This document shows positions 9,340 through 17,119 of a DNA stretch of 64,000 nucleotides, piece by piece. A program made the translations under genes and the position numbers. The stretch lies in IMG/VR virus record IMGVR_UViG_3300027244_000003. The stretch is one strand, 5' to 3'. Source of the DNA: a virus. A model generated the notes under the pieces. It saw nothing but the letters and a program-made list of their open reading frames with translations. It searched no databases and had not been told where the DNA came from. Numbering within the stretch: the stretch's first letter is position 1; each line of letters starts with the position of its first letter.

Positions 9340-9680
9340 ATTGCTGTATGAAGCAAAGAGAAAAGTGTTCTGGACGGGAGTTCGATTCTCCCCACCTCCA
9401 CCAAAAAGATAATTATGAAAAATAGATATACCGCATTGTGTCCAACTTGTTTTATTAGATTTCAGTGGATAAAGGACAATGGGTTATCGAAACATAAGTG
9501 TCTTTCTGATGGGGGTGACTAGGTTTCGACAGGGCAACAAGTAAATGCGTGGACAGCACGAGACAGATACTCGTTAAAAGTAAAAAACCGTAAACGCAAA
9601 CGACGCACAGTTCGCATTAGCAGCCTAAACACTGCTTAGGGTTTCGGTAGGTTTCCTCGTAACAGAATAACCTACCACTT
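9340..9680 (+). ncRNA. ssrA: circularly permuted (two-piece) tmRNA; tag ANDAQFALAA
   Basis: T-arm GGGAG-TTCGATT-CTCCC (9376-9392) and CACCTCC-A-CCA (9393-9403) lie upstream of the 5' piece GGGGGTG (9511); the two form a 7-bp acceptor stem with G3.U; D-loop ends TTCGAC; tag frame 9596-9628; outer ends approximate. Confidence 0.92.
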
Positions 9681-9747
9681 TATTATGCCAGCCACGTAGT
9701 GTGCCAGCCATATAATTTTAACCTTATTACAACTTATAGGAAAATAA

Positions 9748-10311
9748 ATGAAATTGAAACTTATCACTGCTGCTTCTCTAGTAGCATTCTCTGCAATGGC
9801 AAGCGCACAGTCATCTGTAACTGCAACATATGGTGTTAAAGAAGCAAATGTTACAAGTGTGCAGAGCCATGTAACGAACATGTCTGTTAAGACTCGTGCA
9901 TTTACCAATGTCGATCTTGATGCAGGTATCAATACTGAAACTGCTGACGTAGCACGCACTGTTACAAATCGTTATGAAATTGGTGTATCTACAGGAATGG
10001 ATCTAACTTCATTTCTTCGTGGTGATGTTCGTCTTGGTACTGGTATGAAGCAAAAATCAGGTGTTCAAGACTTTGGTTACTACTCTGTAGAACCTGGAGT
10101 TACTGCAAAGTTTGGTGATATTAGCACACGTGTAGCATATCGCTATCGTACTGCATATGACTCAAATGTTAATGCTGATACTAGTCAAACTATGCGTTAT
10201 AGCGTAGGTTATGCATTAACTAAGAAAGATGCTATCCGACTTGGATATGATGTTCAAAGTGGTGATGGTGCTAACAAGCAAACTACTATCGCTTACACTC
10301 GCTCATTCTAA
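9748..10311 (+). CDS. outer-membrane beta-barrel protein (porin-like)
   Basis: Signal peptide (ASA-Q), alternating aromatic/hydrophobic strands, C-terminal Y-x-x-x-F BAM-type motif. Confidence 0.75.
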   Translation: MKLKLITAASLVAFSAMASAQSSVTATYGVKEANVTSVQSHVTNMSVKTRAFTNVDLDAGINTETADVARTVTNRYEIGVSTGMDLTSFLRGDVRLGTGMKQKSGVQDFGYYSVEPGVTAKFGDISTRVAYRYRTAYDSNVNADTSQTMRYSVGYALTKKDAIRLGYDVQSGDGANKQTTIAYTRSF

Positions 10312-10458
10312 TTTAAGAGTTGATGGTCTCTTTAAAACCATCATGGATTAGTGAAGTCTTCGCTTGATGTTAGCAACCGATCACCCAATGGTATCTTGTA
10401 CTAACTTATAGTGGCAACATTAATATTGTCAATTTATTTTTAATTGTTAGGATATGAT

Positions 10459-10695
10459 ATGAAATCACTTATCGCATTGGTAGCATTGGCATTCGCATCA
10501 CTTTCTTTTGCAGCTGAACCTGTTAAGAAAGAAGAATCAAAGGCTCCAGCAAAAACTGAAGCAAACTGCGTAACTAAAGATAAATCTGGTAAGTGTCCAC
10601 CTGCTCCAAAGTCTGAAAAGCCTACTCCTAAAAAAGTAGAACATAAAGACGAAAAGAAAGCAGACGCACCAAAAGCAGAAGCCGTAAAGAAGTAA
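10459..10695 (+). CDS. small secreted Lys/Ala/Pro-rich protein
   Basis: Signal peptide (SFA-A), low complexity, one Cys pair. Confidence 0.7.
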   Translation: MKSLIALVALAFASLSFAAEPVKKEESKAPAKTEANCVTKDKSGKCPPAPKSEKPTPKKVEHKDEKKADAPKAEAVKK

Positions 10696-10777
10696 CAATT
10701 CCTAAATAATTGTTACAGTGGGTTGAAGGATCCCAATAAAACCTTCATTTTACACACACAACACAAAGGAGTATTTT

Positions 10778-11053
10778 ATGTCAAATCTGACACCATTCGA
10801 AATTCGTCTTGAACTATTAAAAATGGCCAAAGACATGTTAAATGATGATTATTATGGGAAGCGTGAGGTTATTAGCAATGTTTGGCAATCCAAACTAGAA
10901 ATTGCTAAAATCAATGGTGGTGAGTTGCCCGAACATCCAGGGTTTCCAACTTATCCATCAGAAGCTGAAATCATTTCAAAAGCACAAGTGCTTAATGGTT
11001 TCGTTTCAAACATCCCAAATATAGATACAAAGACTAGCAAAAAGTCTGCCTGA
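10778..11053 (+). CDS. conserved hypothetical phage protein
   Basis: AAGGAG SD; TPFEIRLELLKMAKD...YPS..EII..A..L..FVS. Confidence 0.75.
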   Translation: MSNLTPFEIRLELLKMAKDMLNDDYYGKREVISNVWQSKLEIAKINGGELPEHPGFPTYPSEAEIISKAQVLNGFVSNIPNIDTKTSKKSA

Positions 11054-11062
11054 TCGGGATAG

Positions 11063-11085
11063 GAGAAGTGCATTTTGCACTTCTC
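11063..11085 (+). terminator. intergenic hairpin (terminator or stabiliser)
   Basis: GAGAAGTGC-ATTTT-GCACTTCTC 9-bp stem, weak U tract. Confidence 0.45.
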
Positions 11086-11106
11086 TCTAACTTTAAAAGG
11101 AGAACT

Positions 11107-11667
11107 ATGCGACAATATCGTTTATATGTTCCAATCATACTATTAATACTATGTTTAAGTTTTTATTTGAATTCAGTACTATCAAGTAAAGACATTTATT
11201 TAAAGATTAACTATTCACAGTTAACACCAGAATCTCAAGAACAAGTGCGTTGTCTTGCAGACAACATTTATTATGAGGCTGGCTATGAGCCAGATGATGG
11301 TAAACTTGCAGTCGCACTCGTCACAATGAATCGTTTACAAGATCCAAGATATCCAAAAGATATTTGCTCTGTAGTCAAACAAAAGGTAAGATCAACATGT
11401 CAGTTTAGTTGGTTCTGCGAAAACGTAAAAGCCAAAAGAAATGAAGTATACAATAAAGCAATGGAAGTTGCTCTTGATGTCTATGCTAATTATGAGAAGC
11501 TGACAGACATCACGTATGGTGCATTATTTTATCATGCTGATTACGTCAATCCAAGATGGAAGTTAGAAAAGACGACTGTTATCGGTAGACATATTTTTTA
11601 TAAAGAAAGTGAAGGAAAAGATGATGCAAAAAATGAACATTCAACTAAAGGAAGATCAGTCTTCTAA
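11107..11667 (+). CDS. cell wall hydrolase SleB (Hydrolase_2) with N-terminal anchor
   Basis: CLA.NIYYEA..E...GK.AVA.V..NR, CQFSW, GALFYHADYV.P.W, IGRHIFY. Confidence 0.9.
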   Translation: MRQYRLYVPIILLILCLSFYLNSVLSSKDIYLKINYSQLTPESQEQVRCLADNIYYEAGYEPDDGKLAVALVTMNRLQDPRYPKDICSVVKQKVRSTCQFSWFCENVKAKRNEVYNKAMEVALDVYANYEKLTDITYGALFYHADYVNPRWKLEKTTVIGRHIFYKESEGKDDAKNEHSTKGRSVF

Positions 11668-12181
11668 ACATTCCTTCTTCTTACTAATGGAAGAAGTTAC
11701 GTTGACTAGTGTGAAACAAGCAGTTGAGTGGATATTCGAAGCCAACTTCTCTGAAGAACCACCTGAACTAATGAATTTAATCATTACAAGTCCAGGTGGT
11801 GATTTAAATGCTGCATTTGCATTGATTGATACTATTCGTGGTTCTTCAATTCCAGTTAGAACAATTGGACTTGGACAAGTTGCCTCAGCAGGATTGATGA
11901 TCTTTATTGCAGGACATAAAGGACATCGTCTGCTGACACCAAATACATCAATACTCTCGCATCAATACTCTTGGGGTGCGTTTGGTAAAGAACATGAACT
12001 GTTCGCTACTGTGAAAGAGTTTGATTTAACTACCAAGAAGATGATTTCCCATTACAAAAAATGTACTGGGTTATCAGAAACAAAAATTCGAGAAGTGCTA
12101 TTGCCACCTCAGGATATCTGGCTTAGTGCTATCGAAGCAAAAAAGTTAGGACTCTGCGATGACATTAAAGAACTTTCTTAA
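11621..12181 (+). CDS. clpP: ClpP-like protease proteolytic subunit
   Basis: ITSPGG, VASAG (Ser), SHQ (His), QDIWL (Asp), EAKKLGLCD. Confidence 0.85.
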   Translation: MMQKMNIQLKEDQSSKHSFFLLMEEVTLTSVKQAVEWIFEANFSEEPPELMNLIITSPGGDLNAAFALIDTIRGSSIPVRTIGLGQVASAGLMIFIAGHKGHRLLTPNTSILSHQYSWGAFGKEHELFATVKEFDLTTKKMISHYKKCTGLSETKIREVLLPPQDIWLSAIEAKKLGLCDDIKELS

Positions 12182-12350
12182 TTATTGTAAGTATTCTGGT
12201 GTATGGATTTCTCTCACATTAAATCCATATCACTGGAGATTATCATTTGACTACACAAAACCAGATGATATGGATCCAAGTTTATATTCTATCCATATCA
12301 GCATTGCGCCATTATCAATAAAATTTGTATTGGATGATGGATCATGGTAA
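12159..12350 (+). CDS. hypothetical protein
   Basis: 63-aa ORF overlapping the clpP end. Confidence 0.55.
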   Translation: MTLKNFLNYCKYSGVWISLTLNPYHWRLSFDYTKPDDMDPSLYSIHISIAPLSIKFVLDDGSW

Positions 12351-12400
12351 CAGGAATTTTTACAAAACTTAAACCACCTTCTTTTTTAAAGGAACTTATT

Positions 12401-12640
12401 ATGTCAGATAATGTTTTTATCATTTCAATTGCACTTGCTGTTTTGACTGCGATTTGCGCACTTGGTCATGATTCATATGTTTCAACAAAATCTATTGAAA
12501 GAAACATTGAATCCGCTATCGTTAAAGGTATCGATCCATTAGCTGTTCGTTGTGCTTATGCTAAACGAGATGACACTATTTGTATCGTTTATGCATCTTC
12601 ACACAACTCACCCTCCAGTTTGTCTAGTTCTAAAAAGTAA
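12401..12640 (+). CDS. hypothetical membrane-anchored protein
   Basis: AAGGA SD, N-terminal TM segment, Cys pair. Confidence 0.6.
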   Translation: MSDNVFIISIALAVLTAICALGHDSYVSTKSIERNIESAIVKGIDPLAVRCAYAKRDDTICIVYASSHNSPSSLSSSKK

Positions 12641-12659
12641 TACTTTAGGATTCTAGCCG

Positions 12660-12688
12660 ATACCCCTCATCTTTTGAGGGGTATTTTT
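12660..12688 (+). terminator. intrinsic terminator
   Basis: ATACCCCTCA/TGAGGGGTAT stem followed by T-run. Confidence 0.8.
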
Positions 12689-12728
12689 CCTTGTAGAATC
12701 AACAACTTACCCTCTCTCCAGAAAGTTG

Positions 12729-12757
12729 TTGTCTTTAATCGACCTTTGGAGCATAAT
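12729..12757 (+). promoter_or_regulatory. early promoter TTGTCT-N17-CATAAT
   Basis: Immediately after the terminator; similar to the 1639 promoter. Confidence 0.7.
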
Positions 12758-12787
12758 ATATCTTATAGTGAATGAGAAAGGTTTATT

Positions 12788-12961
12788 ATGAGTCGAATGG
12801 CTGAATTAGACATGGAAATAAACGATGCGTTAGATGCACATCGTGGTCCAGAAAATTGGATGTCCTGCGAGGAAATTGCATTTCAATTGGAAATTCCAGT
12901 TGAGTTGGTGCATCAGGTTGTTGAAAACAGATGGAACATTTTGATTGGAGAATCAGTATGA
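12788..12961 (+). CDS. small HTH-like protein (57 aa, not in ORF track)
   Basis: AAAGG SD; MSCEEIAFQLEIPVELVHQV helix-turn-helix-like pattern; ATGA overlap with next gene. Confidence 0.6.
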   Translation: MSRMAELDMEINDALDAHRGPENWMSCEEIAFQLEIPVELVHQVVENRWNILIGESV

Positions 12962-13659
12962 GTTTACTTACAGTCGGCAACCCAAAATTGCTTAAAGGTG
13001 AGAAGAAAGGCTATTTGTCTTCTGTTCTACACTTTGCGCCAGCAACTCTTTCTGGTAAAGAAGTCTGCCCCAAGCGCACAGCTGGATGTACTGCTGCATG
13101 TTTGAATACTGCTGGTCGTGGTGGCATCTTCAAGAAAGGTGAAACCACCAATGTGATTCAAAAAGCACGGATCCGTAAGACCAAAGCATTCTTCGAAAAT
13201 CGTCAAGCATTTCTCAATGAGTTGACTGTTGAGATTATCAAAACAAAAACCAAAGCAGAAAAACAAGGACTGATTCCAGTCTTTCGTTTGAATGGCACTT
13301 CAGATCTCGCATGGGAAAAGTATGAAGTTGCAAATGGTAAAAACATTTTCCAAATGTTTCCAGAAGTGCAATTTTACGATTACACCAAAATCAACAATCG
13401 CAAAGTTGCACACATTCCAAACTACCACCTGACTTTCTCTAAAGCAGATGGAAACGATATGGATACTCGACTTGCAATTTCAAATGGTATGAATGTCGCA
13501 GTTGTATTCCACAAAGTGCCAGAGAACTATCTTGGTCGTCCAGTTATCAATGGCGATGAGACTGATCTTCGTTTCTTGGATCCTAAAGGTGTTATCGTTG
13601 GTCTCAAAGCCAAAGGTAAAGCCAAGAAGGATCTTTCTGGATTCGTAGTTACTGCTTGA
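12958..13659 (+). CDS. Gp88-like protein (Cys-cluster, radical-SAM-like variant)
   Basis: CP....GC...CL..AGRG, RLNGTSD, FYDYTK, NYHLTFS, GDETDLRFLD. Confidence 0.7.
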   Translation: MSLLTVGNPKLLKGEKKGYLSSVLHFAPATLSGKEVCPKRTAGCTAACLNTAGRGGIFKKGETTNVIQKARIRKTKAFFENRQAFLNELTVEIIKTKTKAEKQGLIPVFRLNGTSDLAWEKYEVANGKNIFQMFPEVQFYDYTKINNRKVAHIPNYHLTFSKADGNDMDTRLAISNGMNVAVVFHKVPENYLGRPVINGDETDLRFLDPKGVIVGLKAKGKAKKDLSGFVVTA

Positions 13660-13684
13660 CATTAATTCATAATTAGAGTATAAT
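13656..13684 (+). promoter_or_regulatory. perfect consensus sigma70 promoter
   Basis: TTGACA-N17-TATAAT; ATG at 13692. Confidence 0.8.
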
Positions 13685-13691
13685 AGAACTT

Positions 13692-14036
13692 ATGCAGATG
13701 CTACATACATCACTTGGTAAAACCAAGAAGAAGAAACCGACTGCCAAACAACGAGAGTTGCAGTCGTCGTGGGAAACCATGTTAAAGAAGTATGCCACAA
13801 AGACGATTGCACCTAAACAACAATCACTCAGTGAAGTATACTCGCTCGGGAGACCTGCTGGTCGGGAGACCCCTAAGATTCCGAGTCTTCCATTCAGTGG
13901 TGCACCATGCACTAAAAAAGACTCACCAGTCTACACTGGATCTCTAATTAAGGGTATTGGTACTATGCACAAATCAAATGCCATACCAATTTTTAGTGAT
14001 GAACAAGCAGTTGAAATTGCAACAATGAGGAGATGA
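13692..14036 (+). CDS. conserved basic hypothetical phage protein
   Basis: YTG..IKGIGTMHKSNA.P motif common in T4-like phages. Confidence 0.75.
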   Translation: MQMLHTSLGKTKKKKPTAKQRELQSSWETMLKKYATKTIAPKQQSLSEVYSLGRPAGRETPKIPSLPFSGAPCTKKDSPVYTGSLIKGIGTMHKSNAIPIFSDEQAVEIATMRR

Positions 14037-14037
14037 T

Positions 14038-14676
14038 ATGAAAGTGTTCTCTGCATTCCCAACTCCGATATATATTAATAATATTGAATACGATAATGAT
14101 CTACTTAATACTGTGAAAACCTATGACTATGAATCATTTCACTCTAAAGAACTATCTGGTCGTTACACAGTATCTAAAAATATATTAGATAAATCTGAGT
14201 TGAAATTTTTAAGAACAATTATTGAACAAAATTATAATACACTTTTTTATGATATACTTGGCTTTAATAAAGAAATTGAATTTAGAATAGCAACATCTTG
14301 GGTAGTTAAATTAGAACCACAAGATTTTGGACACAAGCACTATCATTGCAATAGTTTTTTTAGTGGAGTGCTCTATTTGGAAGTTGATGAGACCACTAGT
14401 CCCATCGTCTTTTATAGAAATACATCAAACATAAATGAAATGGGTAATCCAGTTATAATTGAAATTCCATTTGATGAAGACTTCTATTATAATGAATTTA
14501 ATTCGCCATCTTGGAAATATCAACCAAAGAAGGGTGATTTGATTTTATTTCCATCTAATTTGGCTCATATGATGCCAGAAAATAGTTCTAACATCACAAG
14601 ATATTCACTGGCATTTAATATATTTCCTTATGGAATATTCGGTAAAAATACTGAAAACGCATTGGAGTTAAAATGA
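14038..14676 (+). CDS. putative 2OG-Fe(II) oxygenase (TIGR02466-like)
   Basis: FPTPI, HYH.NS.FSGVLYL, LILFPS.L.H, RYSLAFN. Confidence 0.85.
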   Translation: MKVFSAFPTPIYINNIEYDNDLLNTVKTYDYESFHSKELSGRYTVSKNILDKSELKFLRTIIEQNYNTLFYDILGFNKEIEFRIATSWVVKLEPQDFGHKHYHCNSFFSGVLYLEVDETTSPIVFYRNTSNINEMGNPVIIEIPFDEDFYYNEFNSPSWKYQPKKGDLILFPSNLAHMMPENSSNITRYSLAFNIFPYGIFGKNTENALELK

Positions 14677-14861
14677 AAACTTTACAACAACAAGAAACTG
14701 AAGCAGTCTTAGCAATGGGCGAGCAGTTAAAAATTTATGAACAACAAATTGATGTTCTCAAGAAACGAATCGAGAAACTTGAGTCTGATAATGAAGCCTT
14801 AGTTATGGATGTTGCATTCTATGGTGGTAACTTGCTTAACTTGTCTTGCAATAATAAATAA
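14673..14861 (+). CDS. small coiled-coil protein
   Basis: GGAG SD, heptad pattern. Confidence 0.55.
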   Translation: MKTLQQQETEAVLAMGEQLKIYEQQIDVLKKRIEKLESDNEALVMDVAFYGGNLLNLSCNNK

Positions 14862-14870
14862 GGTATAATT

Positions 14871-15107
14871 ATGAATAACTTTGAACTGGCTAACCTACAC
14901 TTCAAATATCAAGATCTGCAATTAGAGGTTATGAAATTGGATAAATTTTTCACGATGTACTTAGATAAATTTTCTAAAAAATTAGATCCTGAAAAACCAA
15001 ATACTCCAATCTGGAAATTATACAAACAAAAAACGAAAGAATATCATGATCTTTGCAGAGAACTTCGAATCACCGACTACTACATTAAAAGAAAAACCAA
15101 TGTTTAA
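14871..15107 (+). CDS. hypothetical protein
   Basis: 78-aa ORF, AAGGT SD. Confidence 0.6.
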   Translation: MNNFELANLHFKYQDLQLEVMKLDKFFTMYLDKFSKKLDPEKPNTPIWKLYKQKTKEYHDLCRELRITDYYIKRKTNV

Positions 15108-15315
15108 AACAGCCAACGAATTTTCAATGCATATTGAAGAAATTGTTCGTGATAAGAGATTGTCTTATATGGATGCTGTCTTGGAATACTGCAAAGAAAA
15201 TTATTTGGAACCAGCAGATGTTGCATCTCTGATAAATAAATCTCTAAAGGATAAGATTGAAATGGATTTTAGAGAGTTGAACTATCTACCTAAACAGGCA
15301 AAATTGGATGTGTGA
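15100..15315 (+). CDS. g33: late transcription coactivator gp33
   Basis: FS..IE..V....SYMDAVLEYC.EN..E...VA.LI...LK.KI; synteny g33-g59-g32. Confidence 0.85.
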   Translation: MFKTANEFSMHIEEIVRDKRLSYMDAVLEYCKENYLEPADVASLINKSLKDKIEMDFRELNYLPKQAKLDV

Positions 15316-15926
15316 TGGATGGCTTTAAAGCGTATCGTTATTACCTAGCGATTAAACTTCATTTCACTTCTGAAAAATTTAACGTCTTCGAAAATCGAGG
15401 TAATGTTAAAGGTACACGTGAAGCATTCACCGCCAGAAATGATAGATATATATTCGAGAAACTTGCCAACAAGTACAACGATGATAGAGAAATTATTCAG
15501 TTCTTTGTTGCAAATTTTGCTTATGGTAATGAGTCTGCGATATATGAAGGACAACAGGCAGAAGAAAATCTTGTCGAATGGATTAAACGAAAACAGTCAA
15601 TCACACAAAGGTTCATTGATGACTTAGCTACTATATTAACACACACTGAGGTAAATAGGTTACCACAAACATCTATCTTCAACTTTATTGATTCTGCATA
15701 TCCAGTTACATTAGAGTTGTTTGTTGGAGGTAAGGTATCGATAGAAACTCTTAGGATTATAGATGATTTTTATCCGATAATTGCAAAATGGCAAGATAAT
15801 ACCTCTATTAAATATATTTGGAATCAAGAATTGTTGAGAATTAAAAAGTTGACTGGCTTCGTTAAATACGATAGAATTAAGGCTGAAAAGATCTTTAGTC
15901 ACTTCATGGAAGAAATCGAGATTTGA
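15312..15926 (+). CDS. g59: helicase loader gp59
   Basis: Y..YLAIKLHF, R.D.Y.FEKLA, FFVANF, ISIET. Confidence 0.85.
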   Translation: MMDGFKAYRYYLAIKLHFTSEKFNVFENRGNVKGTREAFTARNDRYIFEKLANKYNDDREIIQFFVANFAYGNESAIYEGQQAEENLVEWIKRKQSITQRFIDDLATILTHTEVNRLPQTSIFNFIDSAYPVTLELFVGGKVSIETLRIIDDFYPIIAKWQDNTSIKYIWNQELLRIKKLTGFVKYDRIKAEKIFSHFMEEIEI

Positions 15927-15930
15927 CATC

Positions 15931-16149
15931 ATGGGCAAGACATATTATAAGTCATCGAAATCAGATGATGATAGTTTTGGTGGTCGTTCAGGGAAACCTG
16001 CCAAACATGCTAGTGGTCGAAAGACTGGTGGTATGAGAACGATAAATAGTTATGTTGAAGAAGATTATGATTTAAACAATGAAGACTTTGATGACGACAT
16101 TGAACTAGATGATAAAATACAAATCGACCATACTAAAAATAAACCGTAA
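15931..16149 (+). CDS. hypothetical protein (basic N-half, acidic C-half)
   Basis: 72-aa ORF between g59 and g32. Confidence 0.55.
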   Translation: MGKTYYKSSKSDDDSFGGRSGKPAKHASGRKTGGMRTINSYVEEDYDLNNEDFDDDIELDDKIQIDHTKNKP

Positions 16150-16170
16150 TATTAATATAAAGGAAATACG

Positions 16171-17073
16171 ATGGACATTCAAACACTCCGCAAAATGCGC
16201 AATCAAGACTTCGGAAAAATCTCTGGAGAATTCGATAAGATTGCTAATCCCCAAACCGAAAAGAAATCATATTCAGACGATCGCTTCTGGCGTCTCGAAG
16301 GTGACAAAGCTGGCAATGGCACAGCAACTTTCCGATTCCTACCACGTGTAGAAGGTGATGAACTCCCATGGGTTCGAATCTTTTCTCATGGCTTCCAAGG
16401 TCCAACTGGAAAGTGGTACATCGAAAATTCTCTAACCACTCTTGGTGAGAATGACCCTGTTGGTGAGTTGAACACAACTCTTTGGAACTCTGGTTCTGAA
16501 GCCAACAAAGAAATCGCTCGTAAACAAAAACGTAAGTTGTCATTTATTGCCAACATTCTCATTGTGTCTGATCCAAAGCATCCAGAGAATGAAGGTAAGG
16601 TATTCTTGTTTAAATTTGGCAAGAAAATCTTTGATAAGATCATGGACAAAGCACGTCCAACTTTCGAAGACGAAAAGCCTGTAAACGTGTTTGATTTGTG
16701 GGAAGGTTCTAACTTCAAATTGCGTATGCGTAAGAAAGATGGCTACGCAAACTATGACGAATCTTCTTTTGCAGATCCAGCACCTGCTGCTTCTGATGAA
16801 GACTTGGTTCGTATCGTAAATGGTCAGTACAAGTTGTCTGAGTTTACTGATCGTAGTAACTTCAAGTCTTATGATGAGTTGAAGAAGAAACTAGATGCAG
16901 TTCTTTCTGGTGATTCTTTTGCTGGTAAGTCTGCTGCACAAATGGCTGAAGAAGAAGATCGTCCTGTTGCATCTGCACCAAAGATGGCTTCTAAACCAGC
17001 ACCTGTGTCAAAGTCGATGGATGACGATGAAGATGTTATGTCTTATTTTCAGAAGATCGCTAAAGAAGACTAA
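16171..17073 (+). CDS. g32: single-stranded DNA-binding protein gp32
   Basis: DDRFW, GNG.A..RFLP, GKWYIENS.TT, FGKKIFDKI, NYD.S.F, acidic tail. Confidence 0.95.
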   Translation: MDIQTLRKMRNQDFGKISGEFDKIANPQTEKKSYSDDRFWRLEGDKAGNGTATFRFLPRVEGDELPWVRIFSHGFQGPTGKWYIENSLTTLGENDPVGELNTTLWNSGSEANKEIARKQKRKLSFIANILIVSDPKHPENEGKVFLFKFGKKIFDKIMDKARPTFEDEKPVNVFDLWEGSNFKLRMRKKDGYANYDESSFADPAPAASDEDLVRIVNGQYKLSEFTDRSNFKSYDELKKKLDAVLSGDSFAGKSAAQMAEEEDRPVASAPKMASKPAPVSKSMDDDEDVMSYFQKIAKED

Positions 17074-17085
17074 TTAGTTTTTACC

Positions 17086-17119
17086 AAAAAGAAAGGGGAC
17101 TTTCGTCCCCTTTTTTATT
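17086..17119. terminator. bidirectional intrinsic terminator
   Basis: AAAGGGGAC-TTTC-GTCCCCTTT with A/T runs, between convergent genes. Confidence 0.85.

Noticed and set aside
9372-9403. Stand-alone tRNA or attP remnant
   Set aside because: No anticodon arm; it pairs with GGGGGTG at 9511 and is linked to a tag frame, so it is the tmRNA acceptor piece; no integrase nearby
16040-16170. T4-style gene 32 operator pseudoknot
   Set aside because: The leader is A-rich and unstructured; no convincing stems found by eye
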